Source: Aciduliprofundum boonei T469
GTDB lineage: Archaea > Thermoplasmatota > Thermoplasmata > Thermoplasmatales > Aciduliprofundaceae
Direction of reading: 5' to 3'
DNA length: 32,000 bases
Assembly: GCF_000025665.1 (NCBI RefSeq)
Contig: NC_013926.1
Span: 450,001-482,000 of the forward strand
Made by a program: the position numbers and the translations under genes. Below the pieces are notes generated by a model. It saw only the letters and a list, made by a program, of their open reading frames with translations, ran no database searches and was not told the origin of the DNA. This document shows positions 14,348-23,479 of this stretch, one piece after another. The stretch's first letter is position 1. Every line of letters starts with the position of its first letter.

Positions 14348-15269
14348 GAGGAAATGGATAGACGAGATTACGAGATGCCCAGAGTGTGGCTCTACACATC
14401 TTGTTAGGGATTACGAGAGGGGTGAGCTTGTATGTATGGATTGTGGACTCGTTATAGATGAATCTTACATAGATCAAGGTCCTGAATGGAGGGCATTTGA
14501 TTCCGAGCAGAGAGATTCTCGCACTAGAACTGGAGCTCCGATGACATACACGATTCACGATAAAGGTCTCAGCACAGAAATTTCTTGGAAAAACAAAGAT
14601 TCCTATGGGAAAAATATACCCACAAGAAGCAGGGCCCAGCTGTATAGGTTGCGTAAATGGCAGAAGAGAATTCGAGTTAGTAACTCAGCCGAGAGGAACT
14701 TAAGTCAAGCGCTTCAAGAATTGGAACGAATGTCATCAAATTTGGGATTGCCTAAGGATGTTCGTGAAACAGCCGCCGTGATTTATCGCAAGGCGGTTAA
14801 GGAAAATATGATTCGTGGGAGAAGCATAGAGGGTGTTGTTGCTGCGAGCATTTATGCTGCTTGTAGAATGCTCGGAATTCCGCGCACCCTTGAAGAGATA
14901 TCAACGGTTACGAGGATAAAGAAAAGGGAGATAGGAAGGGTTTATCGTATAATGAGTAGAACACTGAAGTTGAATATATATCCAACGAAGCCGGAGGATT
15001 ATATTGATAGATTCTGTTCTAAACTAAAATTGAGCGGCGAGGTTAAAAAGAAGGCATATGAGATAATAAAGATGGCAAGGGAAAGGGATATAATCTCTGG
15101 AAGAGGTCCTACAGGGGTAGCAGCTGCAGCCATATACATAGCAGCCATACTTATGGGCGAGAGAAGGACACAGAGAGAAGTGGCCGAAGTTGCGGGGGTC
15201 ACCGAAGTGACCATAAGAAATCGCTATAAAGAACTTGCAGAGAAATTGAATTTGCCTGTGGAAGTTTGA
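14331..15269 (+). CDS. tfb: Transcription initiation factor IIB (TFB)
   Basis: N-terminal zinc ribbon '[24 protein letters not shown]', B-linker and two cyclin-like repeats ('[18 protein letters not shown]' and '[16 protein letters not shown]'). ATG 14331 is preferred over GTG 14322. It overlaps the gar1 3' end by 17 nt. Confidence 0.95.
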   Translation: MGEKDKRKWIDEITRCPECGSTHLVRDYERGELVCMDCGLVIDESYIDQGPEWRAFDSEQRDSRTRTGAPMTYTIHDKGLSTEISWKNKDSYGKNIPTRSRAQLYRLRKWQKRIRVSNSAERNLSQALQELERMSSNLGLPKDVRETAAVIYRKAVKENMIRGRSIEGVVAASIYAACRMLGIPRTLEEISTVTRIKKREIGRVYRIMSRTLKLNIYPTKPEDYIDRFCSKLKLSGEVKKKAYEIIKMARERDIISGRGPTGVAAAAIYIAAILMGERRTQREVAEVAGVTEVTIRNRYKELAEKLNLPVEV

Positions 15270-15911
15270 TTATTTGAAAATTAACCCAGCTTCCTTGAAC
15301 CATAATACAAGGTCAAGATGAGCCATAGGTACGCCTATTTCCTTTGCAAATCTTCTCATTTTTTCTTCTATCTCCAAATATTTTTTCTTTGTTAGAGTTT
15401 TTGGAATTACATCTATAACCCCTAAACTCACAAGATTTTTGAGTATGTGTCTATCCAATATTGCCAAACTCTCTCCAAGTCCAATGTTTCTCAAAAAATG
15501 ACTTGCTTCTTTGTAACCCATACCTCTTATATTTGCCACCAGAAATTCACGCATTTCTATGGGCGAGGAGAATTGAGATAGCACGCCTCTTATATTTATT
15601 TTTGAATTTTTAGAGAAGAAAGTTCTTGCGGATACGATATTTTTTGCCTTCGTGTATTTGAATCTCACTCCTGTTAGGAAATCTACAATATCCTCCGAAG
15701 AGCCAAAAAATAGGATACCTGAGTCACGCAGCTCTTCGATAGCTCTCCAGCACACAGTCGCTTTTGATTGAGGAGTTAAGAGGCAGAAGGCAAGCTCGGC
15801 AAAGAGCTCTTCATCGGAAGCATTTTTCCATAGGGATTTAAACTCATCTAATCTTCTCTCTATTTCATCCTTTTTTTCATACCATATTTTCAAGATCTCA
15901 TTTAAACTCAT
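15270..15911 (-). CDS. ogg: N-glycosylase/DNA lyase (archaeal Ogg2-type 8-oxoguanine DNA glycosylase, HhH-GPD)
   Basis: 'FCLLTPQSKA' and 'GMGYKEASHFLRNIGLGESLAILDRH' (helix-hairpin-helix with the catalytic Lys and Asp). Its stop abuts the tfb stop. Confidence 0.8.
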   Translation of the reverse strand: MSLNEILKIWYEKKDEIERRLDEFKSLWKNASDEELFAELAFCLLTPQSKATVCWRAIEELRDSGILFFGSSEDIVDFLTGVRFKYTKAKNIVSARTFFSKNSKINIRGVLSQFSSPIEMREFLVANIRGMGYKEASHFLRNIGLGESLAILDRHILKNLVSLGVIDVIPKTLTKKKYLEIEEKMRRFAKEIGVPMAHLDLVLWFKEAGLIFK

Positions 15912-15995
15912 AATAGTGTTATGGAAAATCGACCTATTAAAGTTATCATTATCACTTTAGAAAATATTAAAAACCTGTTAGAGATATGGGATAGC

Positions 15996-16187
15996 ATGGC
16001 AGATTACGAGATGCTGGAAGTGGTTAAAGTATCGGAGACAAAGAACGGGCAGTACAGAATAACATTGAAGAAGAAAATAGTAAAGGAATTTGATGTAAAA
16101 GGAGGGGATTATTTAGTTTTTATGAGGAACGATAAGGGCGAGATTGTAGTAAAGAAATTGCAGCTAAAGGATATCAAGCTTGATTAA
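15996..16187 (+). CDS. AbrB/SpoVT (MazE-like) swapped-hairpin DNA-binding protein
   Basis: 'NGQYRITLKKKIVKEFDVKGGDYLVFMRNDKGEIVVKK' fits the AbrB/SpoVT pattern. M26 (15996) is preferred over 15921 because an A/T-rich box (15961-15970) lies about 30 nt upstream, and the longer N-terminus would fill the divergent promoter region. Confidence 0.6.
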   Translation: MADYEMLEVVKVSETKNGQYRITLKKKIVKEFDVKGGDYLVFMRNDKGEIVVKKLQLKDIKLD

Positions 16188-16196
16188 TTTTATATA
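16188..16196 (+). promoter_or_regulatory. TATA box for taw1
   Basis: The sequence ttttatata is centred about 27 nt upstream of ATG 16219. Confidence 0.45.
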
Positions 16197-16218
16197 CTTC
16201 CTCTCCTAAGGAAGCGCT

Positions 16219-17145
16219 ATGGATCCAGAGATAGAGAGGATACTCCGCAAGCAGGGCTATGCGATTGTAGGGAAGCATAGTGCTGTAAAGCTCTGCCATT
16301 GGCTTAGAGAGAGTTTGATTCATGAGCGTCCTTGCTATAAACAAACTTTCTATGGAATAAAAAGCCATCGTTGTCTCCAAATGAGTCCAGCGGTGAATAA
16401 CTGCACGCATAACTGCCTTTTTTGCTGGCGTTTTCAGGGATTCAGTGAGGTTTATATGAAAGAAGTTGATGAGCCAGAATTTATTGTGGAGGAGAGTATT
16501 AGACAGCAGAGAAGATTAATCACGGGATATAAAGGAGACCCACGGGTATCTTTAGAGAAATGGAAGGAGGCCATGGAGCCAAGGCATGTGGCTATATCCC
16601 TCACGGGAGAGCCTACGCTTTACCCAAGATTGGGAGAATTGATAGAGGAGTATCATAAAAGGGGATTCACCACATTCTTGGTTACAAATGGTACCATGCC
16701 TGAAATTTTAGAAAATTTAGACCCTTTGCCCACACAGTTATATGTTACCCTGGCTGCACCCAACGAAGAAATATACAAAAAATTGATGGTTCCGCTTATA
16801 AAGAATGGATGGGATAGATTAAAAAGAACTTTAGAACTTTTACCATCTTTAGATACGAGAAAAGTTATTAGGCACACTCTTGTGAAAGGTTGGAATATGA
16901 AGAATGTTGAGGAGTATGCAAAGCTTGACACTCTTGCAGAACCGCACTTTATAGAACCAAAAGCCTATGTTTTTGTTGGATATTCTAGGGAAAGATTAAC
17001 AATTGAAAATATGCCCTCTGCGGAAGAAGTTGAGAATTTTGCTCGTAAATTATCTGAGCTCACAGAATATAAGTACGAGGATGAAAGGAAAGATAGCAGA
17101 GTAGTGCTCCTCATGAAAGAAAATGTCCAGAGGTTCATAGAGTAA
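16219..17145 (+). CDS. taw1: 4-demethylwyosine synthase Taw1/TYW1 (radical SAM, tRNA-Phe wyosine pathway)
   Basis: 'GYAIVGKHSAVKLCHWLR', radical-SAM cluster 'CTHNCLFCWR' (C-x3-C-x2-C), 'ISLTGEPTLYP' and 'FLVTNGT'. Confidence 0.88.
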   Translation: MDPEIERILRKQGYAIVGKHSAVKLCHWLRESLIHERPCYKQTFYGIKSHRCLQMSPAVNNCTHNCLFCWRFQGFSEVYMKEVDEPEFIVEESIRQQRRLITGYKGDPRVSLEKWKEAMEPRHVAISLTGEPTLYPRLGELIEEYHKRGFTTFLVTNGTMPEILENLDPLPTQLYVTLAAPNEEIYKKLMVPLIKNGWDRLKRTLELLPSLDTRKVIRHTLVKGWNMKNVEEYAKLDTLAEPHFIEPKAYVFVGYSRERLTIENMPSAEEVENFARKLSELTEYKYEDERKDSRVVLLMKENVQRFIE

Positions 17146-17146
17146 A

Positions 17147-17154
17147 ATTTTATA
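17147..17154 (+). promoter_or_regulatory. TATA box for the ABC transporter operon
   Basis: The sequence attttata is centred about 26.5 nt upstream of ATG 17177. Confidence 0.45.
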
Positions 17155-17176
17155 CTCTTCTTTATATACCCTTTTA

Positions 17177-19684
17177 ATGATACCAGTATCCAGAAAGAGA
17201 TTGTTCACCACCACGGTAGGAATAATTCTCGCAGTCGCCATAATTTTCACATCTTATACGCTCGGGAATAATATGGCAAGGTATCAGCTTTATTATGATA
17301 TTGAGAACAATCCATATCAGATTTCCGTGGTTGGTAGTGGAAATTACACGGCAATAATGAAGGCCTACAACCAAATTGAGAATTTGAGTAATGTTAGGCA
17401 GACACTTCTTCATATTTGGGTTGAGGGATATTATGCTTTAAACAATATTACCATAGCTTATCAAAGGGGACTTATGGTTAATTATTTTAAAGGATATGAT
17501 ATAAAAATAGTGGCGGGAACATATCCAAAGAATAATCATGAGGTTTTGATTACAAAGTTCGCTTATAACTCTCATGCCTTGAATATAGGAGATAAGGTCC
17601 AAGTTATTTATACCACCCAGTCTGAGCAAATGTTCTTTGAGAATTACACCGTTGTAGGAGTGGCTGATGTTAAAGAACCCCTGAAGCAAGATAATGGGCA
17701 GGGAGATATGTATGAGGGAATAATAGTTACCAAGGAAGCAATGAAGTATTTGGGTGAAAAAGGGATGCCATATCAGGCGGGATATCTTGTAGCCATAGAG
17801 CCACAATATCTTTTAAGTTCTAAGGATTACAAAGAAGTTCAGAAGAAGATAGACGATATGAGTTATGAAGTTCGCACAATTCTCGTCTCCAATGGAGTCT
17901 ATTATATGGGTTATGGCAACTCCGCAGAATGGGAATCCAACGCTAATATGTATTCACTTCTCTTTGCTATATTTTATTCCTTGCCCGTTATAGTTATGGG
18001 TGTTTATTTAAGCAATGTTGGAGTGGAAATAGAATTCTTGGAGCGCAGGAGGGAGTTTGGTGTTTTGAAAATTAGGGGTGCAACAGGGAAAGAGATAAGC
18101 AAGATGATTTTATTTGAAGCGTTGATTTATTCTCTTGTGGGAGGAATTATAGGTTATTTGCTTGGAGAAGCGTTGGCATATCTCTCAAATATCATGTTTT
18201 TCCATTACCCTTACTTCCTTCTTGATATTGGTATCTGGCCTCTGATTGCATCTATATTCTTATCCATAGCACTCTTCTTGGCCTCCATATATTCACCACT
18301 TAAAAAAATAAAAAAAGAGCCAATAGTGAGTTTGATATCCCATTATGCACAGGCATTTAAGGAAGCTGAATATACTAAGAGGAATAGGGATTTGTGGCTT
18401 TCTGCCCTATTTTGGGGGTATATGATTCTAGTACTCTGGTTATCAAAGAATGTGAACTTTTATGGGGGTTTAAACATCATCGTCATCCTTGCTTTTATAC
18501 TAATTAGCACTATGTTCTTTATGTTCCCTTTGATTTTGATAATGCTTCCCTTGGTTATGAGCAGATTGCTCACCATGGGTACAAGTAAAGTTTACAGGGT
18601 AATTGCCTCAGGAGTTTCAAAAATATTTAAGACATCAGGAGAGCTTGCCGAAAAGGGAATAGAAAGAAGCCCTAAGAGAACGGCGTATCTTGCTTTCATC
18701 TTGGCTTTTATTCTCACATTATCCACATTCATTGCAATAGCTATGGATAACTATAATTACACAGCAGAGATTGAGCAAAAAGCCCAGGTTGGCGGAGATA
18801 TGCTTATACAAGTGCACAATGATATTCCTTGGGATATTTTGAATGATAGCTCTCTTGTTTCAAAATATGTTGTTATTTATAGATATGGAGATGAATACGG
18901 GGCACCTTTATACATAGCAAATATGCAAAAATATATGAATACAATCTACAATGGCAAGTTGTTTCTAAAAGAAGGAAAATTAGATGGATCTGGAGTTGTA
19001 TTGTCTTTGAGTTATGCGAAAATGGAAAATGTTGGTGTTGGAGATATGGTTGCAATACAAGTGAATCAAACTTCTCAATATTACAAAGTTGAAGCTATAG
19101 TATACTCCTTTCCAGGATTGCCTACTGATTATGTAGTTGATAAGAGCAAACCTACCGGAATACCAGATACGATAATAATCAGAAGTTCGAATATAACAGC
19201 TTTGGAGAAGGCATTGGATAAAAAAGGATATTCTTATGAACTTCCTCCAAAAAAAGATGAGATGCAGGCTATGCAATCTCAGTTTATGAATACTCTGCTT
19301 CTTTATTTAGTAATTTTGGGGGCAGCATCCATATTCATAGTGCAGTATTCCTCACTTTTAAATAGGAGGGGAGAGATAGCATTGTACAAAGTTAGAGGAG
19401 CGAGGAATAGGCAGATAGCAGCAATGCTTATGACAGAGGGAATAACAGTAATTATCCTCTCACTTATAATTGGTGTGGCGGTTGGAATGGCCCTGGCATA
19501 CATGATATCTTCTATGTCCAGCGTCTCTTCATACATTCCTGAAATTTTCATTATAGGTGCAACTTTCCTTATATATACGGGCGTTCTTGTGCTAGCCTAC
19601 ATGATTTCCCAGTACATTCTCTCATATATATTTGCAAGAACTAAACCAAGCGAGGTGATAAGAGGTTTGGGAGGTGAAATTTGA
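17177..19684 (+). CDS. ABC transporter permease, MacB/FtsX type with duplicated FtsX domains
   Basis: In this 835-aa protein an N-terminal TM helix plus a roughly 230-aa extracytoplasmic domain is followed by a 3-TM FtsX module ('FGVLKIRGATGKEISKMILFEAL'). The same arrangement is then repeated ('IALYKVRGARNRQIAAMLMTEG'). Confidence 0.85.
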   Translation: MIPVSRKRLFTTTVGIILAVAIIFTSYTLGNNMARYQLYYDIENNPYQISVVGSGNYTAIMKAYNQIENLSNVRQTLLHIWVEGYYALNNITIAYQRGLMVNYFKGYDIKIVAGTYPKNNHEVLITKFAYNSHALNIGDKVQVIYTTQSEQMFFENYTVVGVADVKEPLKQDNGQGDMYEGIIVTKEAMKYLGEKGMPYQAGYLVAIEPQYLLSSKDYKEVQKKIDDMSYEVRTILVSNGVYYMGYGNSAEWESNANMYSLLFAIFYSLPVIVMGVYLSNVGVEIEFLERRREFGVLKIRGATGKEISKMILFEALIYSLVGGIIGYLLGEALAYLSNIMFFHYPYFLLDIGIWPLIASIFLSIALFLASIYSPLKKIKKEPIVSLISHYAQAFKEAEYTKRNRDLWLSALFWGYMILVLWLSKNVNFYGGLNIIVILAFILISTMFFMFPLILIMLPLVMSRLLTMGTSKVYRVIASGVSKIFKTSGELAEKGIERSPKRTAYLAFILAFILTLSTFIAIAMDNYNYTAEIEQKAQVGGDMLIQVHNDIPWDILNDSSLVSKYVVIYRYGDEYGAPLYIANMQKYMNTIYNGKLFLKEGKLDGSGVVLSLSYAKMENVGVGDMVAIQVNQTSQYYKVEAIVYSFPGLPTDYVVDKSKPTGIPDTIIIRSSNITALEKALDKKGYSYELPPKKDEMQAMQSQFMNTLLLYLVILGAASIFIVQYSSLLNRRGEIALYKVRGARNRQIAAMLMTEGITVIILSLIIGVAVGMALAYMISSMSSVSSYIPEIFIIGATFLIYTGVLVLAYMISQYILSYIFARTKPSEVIRGLGGEI

Positions 19685-20346
19685 TGATTGAAGTTGAAAA
19701 TTTAATAAAAGTTTATAGAAGAGGCGAGATAGAAGTTATAGCAATAAGGGATGTAACCCTCTCCATAAAAGATAGGGAATTTGTTATGCTTGTAGGTCCA
19801 AGCGGTTCTGGAAAGACAACATTTTTGCATCTTTTAGGAGGTATAGATAGACCTACTGCTGGTAAAATATTTGTGAACGGTAAAAACATAGCATTCTTTA
19901 ATGATAAAGAACTAACCGATTATCGTAGAAAAGATGTAGGCATGGTTTTCCAATTTTTTAATTTAATTCCCACTCTGACAGCTATAGAGAATGTAATGCT
20001 TCCTATGCAGTTTATAGGAATGGGCAGGAGCGAGAGGAAAAAAAGAGCCGAAGAATTATTGAAACTTGTAGGGATTTATGAAAGGAAGGATCACTACCCA
20101 GATGAGATGAGTGGTGGAGAGCAGCAGAGAGTTGCTATTGCAGTTGCATTGGCTAATGACCCACCTCTCATTTTGGCAGATGAGCCAACTGGAGAACTTG
20201 ACACTCAAACGGGTTTGGAGATTATAAAAATCTTTAAAAAGTTAAATGATGAGGGCAAAACGGTTATAATAGCCACGCATGATATGCGCTTGGAGAAATA
20301 TGCCACAAGAATACTTGAAATCAGAGATGGAAAAATTACCGGATAG
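19684..20346 (+). CDS. ABC transporter ATP-binding protein (MacB/LolD-like)
   Basis: Walker A 'GPSGSGKTT', Q-loop, signature 'MSGGEQQRVAIA', Walker B 'LILADEPT' and an H-loop. The ATG overlaps the permease TGA. Confidence 0.92.
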   Translation: MIEVENLIKVYRRGEIEVIAIRDVTLSIKDREFVMLVGPSGSGKTTFLHLLGGIDRPTAGKIFVNGKNIAFFNDKELTDYRRKDVGMVFQFFNLIPTLTAIENVMLPMQFIGMGRSERKKRAEELLKLVGIYERKDHYPDEMSGGEQQRVAIAVALANDPPLILADEPTGELDTQTGLEIIKIFKKLNDEGKTVIIATHDMRLEKYATRILEIRDGKITG

Positions 20347-20731
20347 AGGAATTTATCTTCTTTTAATTTTTAAAGATAATGAGGAAGAAATTAGAGTAGG
20401 CGCATTGGGCAAAATAAAATTTGATATGGGATATTATGTTTATGTTGGCTCCGCTCAGAGAAATTTAAGGAAAAGGCTGGAGAGACATTTTAGAAAAGAG
20501 AAGAAAATTAGGTGGCACATAGATTATCTCTTATCCCGTGCCAGAATATTGGATTTCTATGCCAAGAATTATCCAAAATCTTACGAGGAGAAAATTGCGA
20601 TAAAGTTGGGAGAGAAATATTCGTACATTCCGAACTTTGGCTCAAGCGATAGTAGGGCTCCATCTCATCTCTTCAAAATAGAAAAGAATGATTGGTTATG
20701 CATCAAAAAATTTTTGAGAGGTTTTAAATAA
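20327..20731 (+). CDS. GIY-YIG superfamily protein (DUF123 / Uri-like endonuclease family)
   Basis: 'RGIYLLLI' (GIY) followed by 'YYVYVGSA' (YVG) and 'RKRLERH'. M17 (20327) is preferred as the start, giving the 134-aa size typical of this family. It overlaps the ABC ATPase 3' end by 20 nt. Confidence 0.65.
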   Translation: MEKLPDRGIYLLLIFKDNEEEIRVGALGKIKFDMGYYVYVGSAQRNLRKRLERHFRKEKKIRWHIDYLLSRARILDFYAKNYPKSYEEKIAIKLGEKYSYIPNFGSSDSRAPSHLFKIEKNDWLCIKKFLRGFK

Positions 20732-20751
20732 TTTTGTGAAATTTCAATACT

Positions 20752-21579
20752 ATGTCTTACCTTCTTTATTTCGGGCATGTAAACATCGATGTAATGCTCA
20801 GGGTTCAAAATTTTGGAAATGTAGGTGAGAGCAGAGAAGTATTAGGATATGAAACTAGGCTTGGAGGAACAGCATACAATGCTTATATGTCCCTTCTTGC
20901 TCTGCGTGTGCCCTCTAAGATTTTCTCTGTTATAGGGCCAGAGATTGAAGGTATAGATGGATACTTTGTGAGAGATGATAAAACCCCAACCTGCTGGCTT
21001 ATAAGCGATGGGAGAGAGCAGATGGCATATGTATATCAGGGTAAGTGGAAAGAGCTGGATAGAATGGAAATTGATATACCCTTAAAAGATTTTGAATGGC
21101 TCCACTTCTCCACAGGAAATCCTAAATTCTATATTGGGGTGGCAAGGAAAGCAAAAGAATTGGGCAGAAAAATAAGTTTTGACCCTTCGCAGGAGATTCA
21201 TTATATTTACGATGAGAAAACATTTATGGAAATGTTATCCTTGGCCGATTTATTTTTCTGCAATGAGAAGGAATATGAAAAAGCATTAGATTTTGCTAAG
21301 GATAAACTTTTTGAGAAGATTATAATTAGAACTGAAGGCGAGATGGGAGCAAGTATATATATGCCGAATGAGGGATGGGATCACATAGAGGCTGAGGAAG
21401 TGAATGTTGTGGACACCACTGGGGCGGGAGATACTTTCAGAGCAGGGTTCTATGCAGCATTATATTATGGCTATGGAATAAAAGAATCGGTCAAGTATGG
21501 AAATTTGGCAGCAGCAAAGGTTGTGCAAACCAAGAGTACATTTTACGCTGGTACTTGGGATGATTTGAATGAGAAATAA
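20752..21579 (+). CDS. PfkB-family carbohydrate/nucleoside kinase (ribokinase fold)
   Basis: C-terminal PfkB signature 'DTTGAGDTFRAGF' and N-terminal 'GGTAYNA'. The substrate cannot be deduced from the sequence. Confidence 0.8.
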   Translation: MSYLLYFGHVNIDVMLRVQNFGNVGESREVLGYETRLGGTAYNAYMSLLALRVPSKIFSVIGPEIEGIDGYFVRDDKTPTCWLISDGREQMAYVYQGKWKELDRMEIDIPLKDFEWLHFSTGNPKFYIGVARKAKELGRKISFDPSQEIHYIYDEKTFMEMLSLADLFFCNEKEYEKALDFAKDKLFEKIIIRTEGEMGASIYMPNEGWDHIEAEEVNVVDTTGAGDTFRAGFYAALYYGYGIKESVKYGNLAAAKVVQTKSTFYAGTWDDLNEK

Positions 21580-21607
21580 GATATAGGGGAAGTGATTATG
21601 CCCCCTC

Positions 21608-22255
21608 ATGGTTAAGGTATCACCTTCAATACTATCAGCAGATTTCTCAAGATTGTGCGATGAGATAAAATTCTGTGAGAAGGGCGGAGCTGACATGCTT
21701 CATCTTGATATCATGGACGGACATTTTGTGCCTAACATAACATTTGGGCCAGTGGTAATAAAGAGTATAAGAAAATGCACAAAGTTGCCCTTTGATGCTC
21801 ACCTTATGATCGAGCGTCCAGACAAGTTTGTAAAGGACTTTGTTAATGCTGGCAGTGATATAATTACAGTGCACAGAGAAATAAAAATATCAATAAAAAA
21901 TGTGCTTAGAAAAATTCATAATTATGGGGCAGAGGCGGGCATAGCTATAAATCCTGAAACACCATTTGAGAAGGTAAAAGAGCACTTGGAGGATGTTGAA
22001 TACCTTTTGATAATGAGTGTGCATCCCGGATTTGCAGGTCAGAGTTTTATAGAGGATACTTTAGAGAAGATAAAAGAGGCAAGGAAGTATATAGATGAGG
22101 AGGGCTTAGAGGTGCAAATAGCTGTGGATGGGGGTGTGAAGCACCACAATGCAAAAAGAATAGTGGATGCTGGAGCAGATATTCTCGTTGCTGCAAGTGC
22201 TATATTCAATGGAAATGTGGAAAGCAATATAAAGAAGATGAAAGCAATCAAATAA
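21608..22255 (+). CDS. rpe: Ribulose-phosphate 3-epimerase
   Basis: 'VSPSILSADFSRL', 'HLDIMDGHFVPNITFGP', 'DAHLMI', 'MSVHPGFAGQSF' and 'VDGGV'. Confidence 0.92.
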   Translation: MVKVSPSILSADFSRLCDEIKFCEKGGADMLHLDIMDGHFVPNITFGPVVIKSIRKCTKLPFDAHLMIERPDKFVKDFVNAGSDIITVHREIKISIKNVLRKIHNYGAEAGIAINPETPFEKVKEHLEDVEYLLIMSVHPGFAGQSFIEDTLEKIKEARKYIDEEGLEVQIAVDGGVKHHNAKRIVDAGADILVAASAIFNGNVESNIKKMKAIK

Positions 22256-23189
22256 TTTTTCTTATAACTCTCCTATCCTTAATCTCTATTTTTCCCTCGG
22301 ATATTAATTTTATGGATTCCACAAGTGCCTCATGCTCCTTTTCAAGCACTCTTGCGGCCAGGGATTCTGGAGTATCATCATCTAGCACCTCAACGCATTT
22401 CTGAACTATTATGGGGCCATGGTCAACTTCCTCATCCACGAAATGTACAGTGCATCCGGAGACCTTGCAACCGTAATCTAACACGGCTTTGTGTACATTC
22501 TCTCCATACAATCCCGCAAAACTTGGGAGTAGAGCAGGATGAATGTTTATTATCTTATTCTTATATTTTTTAACGAACCAAGGCGATAGAATTCTGAGAA
22601 ATCCTGCCAGCACAATCAAATCTGGAGAGTAGAAATCAATAACTTCTGCCAATCTCCTGTCGTAGTTTTCTCTTTTCTCTCCCTTCTTTTTTGTCAATAC
22701 TATGGCATCTATTCCTTTGTTTTCAGCCCTTTTTAAAGCATAAGCATTTTTTTTATTTGAGATGACTGCAGAGATCTGTACATTGAGTTTGCCAGAATCT
22801 ATTGCGTCCATAATTGCCTGCAAATTTGTACCTCTGCCAGAAACAAGAACAACGAGCTTGAAAACCCTCCTTTTGAAAACACCATTTTTATAGTAGATAC
22901 CAAGAGCGCTCAAATCATTTTTGAAATTTTGGAGGATGCTCAAATCTAAATGCTCTGAAAGGGAATTTAGGAAATAGTCAAGTTTTCTTTCTTCGTATGT
23001 TCTGATGAATGCATAGTACCAAACCTCTCTGCTTAGGGGGGCATTCATTTCGTACAATTTTTCTAAACTCTCGTCAGGGATATCTAAATTTTTCAAGGTT
23101 TTATATATCCAGCCAATGTTTATAGTGCTTCCGGGGCCCAAAATCTTTACATAAAGCACATCTGCTATTTTTTTAAGTTCTTCTCTCAT
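22248..23189 (-). CDS. purN: Phosphoribosylglycinamide formyltransferase (PurN) with a 110-aa N-terminal extension of unknown function
   Basis: Residues 111-313 carry 'LVVLVSGRGTNLQAIMDAI', 'DLIVLAGFLRIL', 'INIHPALLPSF' and 'SGCTVHFVDEEVDHGPII'. Residues 1-110 have no motif I recognise. The gene overlaps its upstream neighbour by ATGA. Confidence 0.85.
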   Translation of the reverse strand: MREELKKIADVLYVKILGPGSTINIGWIYKTLKNLDIPDESLEKLYEMNAPLSREVWYYAFIRTYEERKLDYFLNSLSEHLDLSILQNFKNDLSALGIYYKNGVFKRRVFKLVVLVSGRGTNLQAIMDAIDSGKLNVQISAVISNKKNAYALKRAENKGIDAIVLTKKKGEKRENYDRRLAEVIDFYSPDLIVLAGFLRILSPWFVKKYKNKIINIHPALLPSFAGLYGENVHKAVLDYGCKVSGCTVHFVDEEVDHGPIIVQKCVEVLDDDTPESLAARVLEKEHEALVESIKLISEGKIEIKDRRVIRKII

Positions 23190-23479
23190 TCTTTCACCTC
23201 CCTGGGTATTGTGCTCTTTAAAATTTCAAGTATTTTGTCAATCAGCTCCTCATCCTCTAACTCTGGGGTTATCTTGTGAATTTTTTTACGGGTTAGAAGC
23301 ATTATGTAATAAACGAAAAGTTTACCACCGGGATGGTAGTTCTTCCAATAACCAATAATGTCATCAAAATCCACTTGGCCATCCCAGTATTTGATTTTTC
23401 TTGAATTCTTATCAATAATTAGGGATTTGAACGAATTGAACTTTAATACGATTTTATTTTCATTCTCCACGATCTTCAT
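23186..23479 (-). CDS. Hypothetical 97-aa protein, Cys-free and translationally coupled on both sides
   Basis: The ORF overlaps dph2 upstream and purN downstream by ATGA. No motif was recognised. A hydrophobic core 'LFVYYIMLL' is followed by an acidic helix 'PELEDEELIDKILEIL'. Confidence 0.55.
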   Translation of the reverse strand: MKIVENENKIVLKFNSFKSLIIDKNSRKIKYWDGQVDFDDIIGYWKNYHPGGKLFVYYIMLLTRKKIHKITPELEDEELIDKILEILKSTIPREVKE

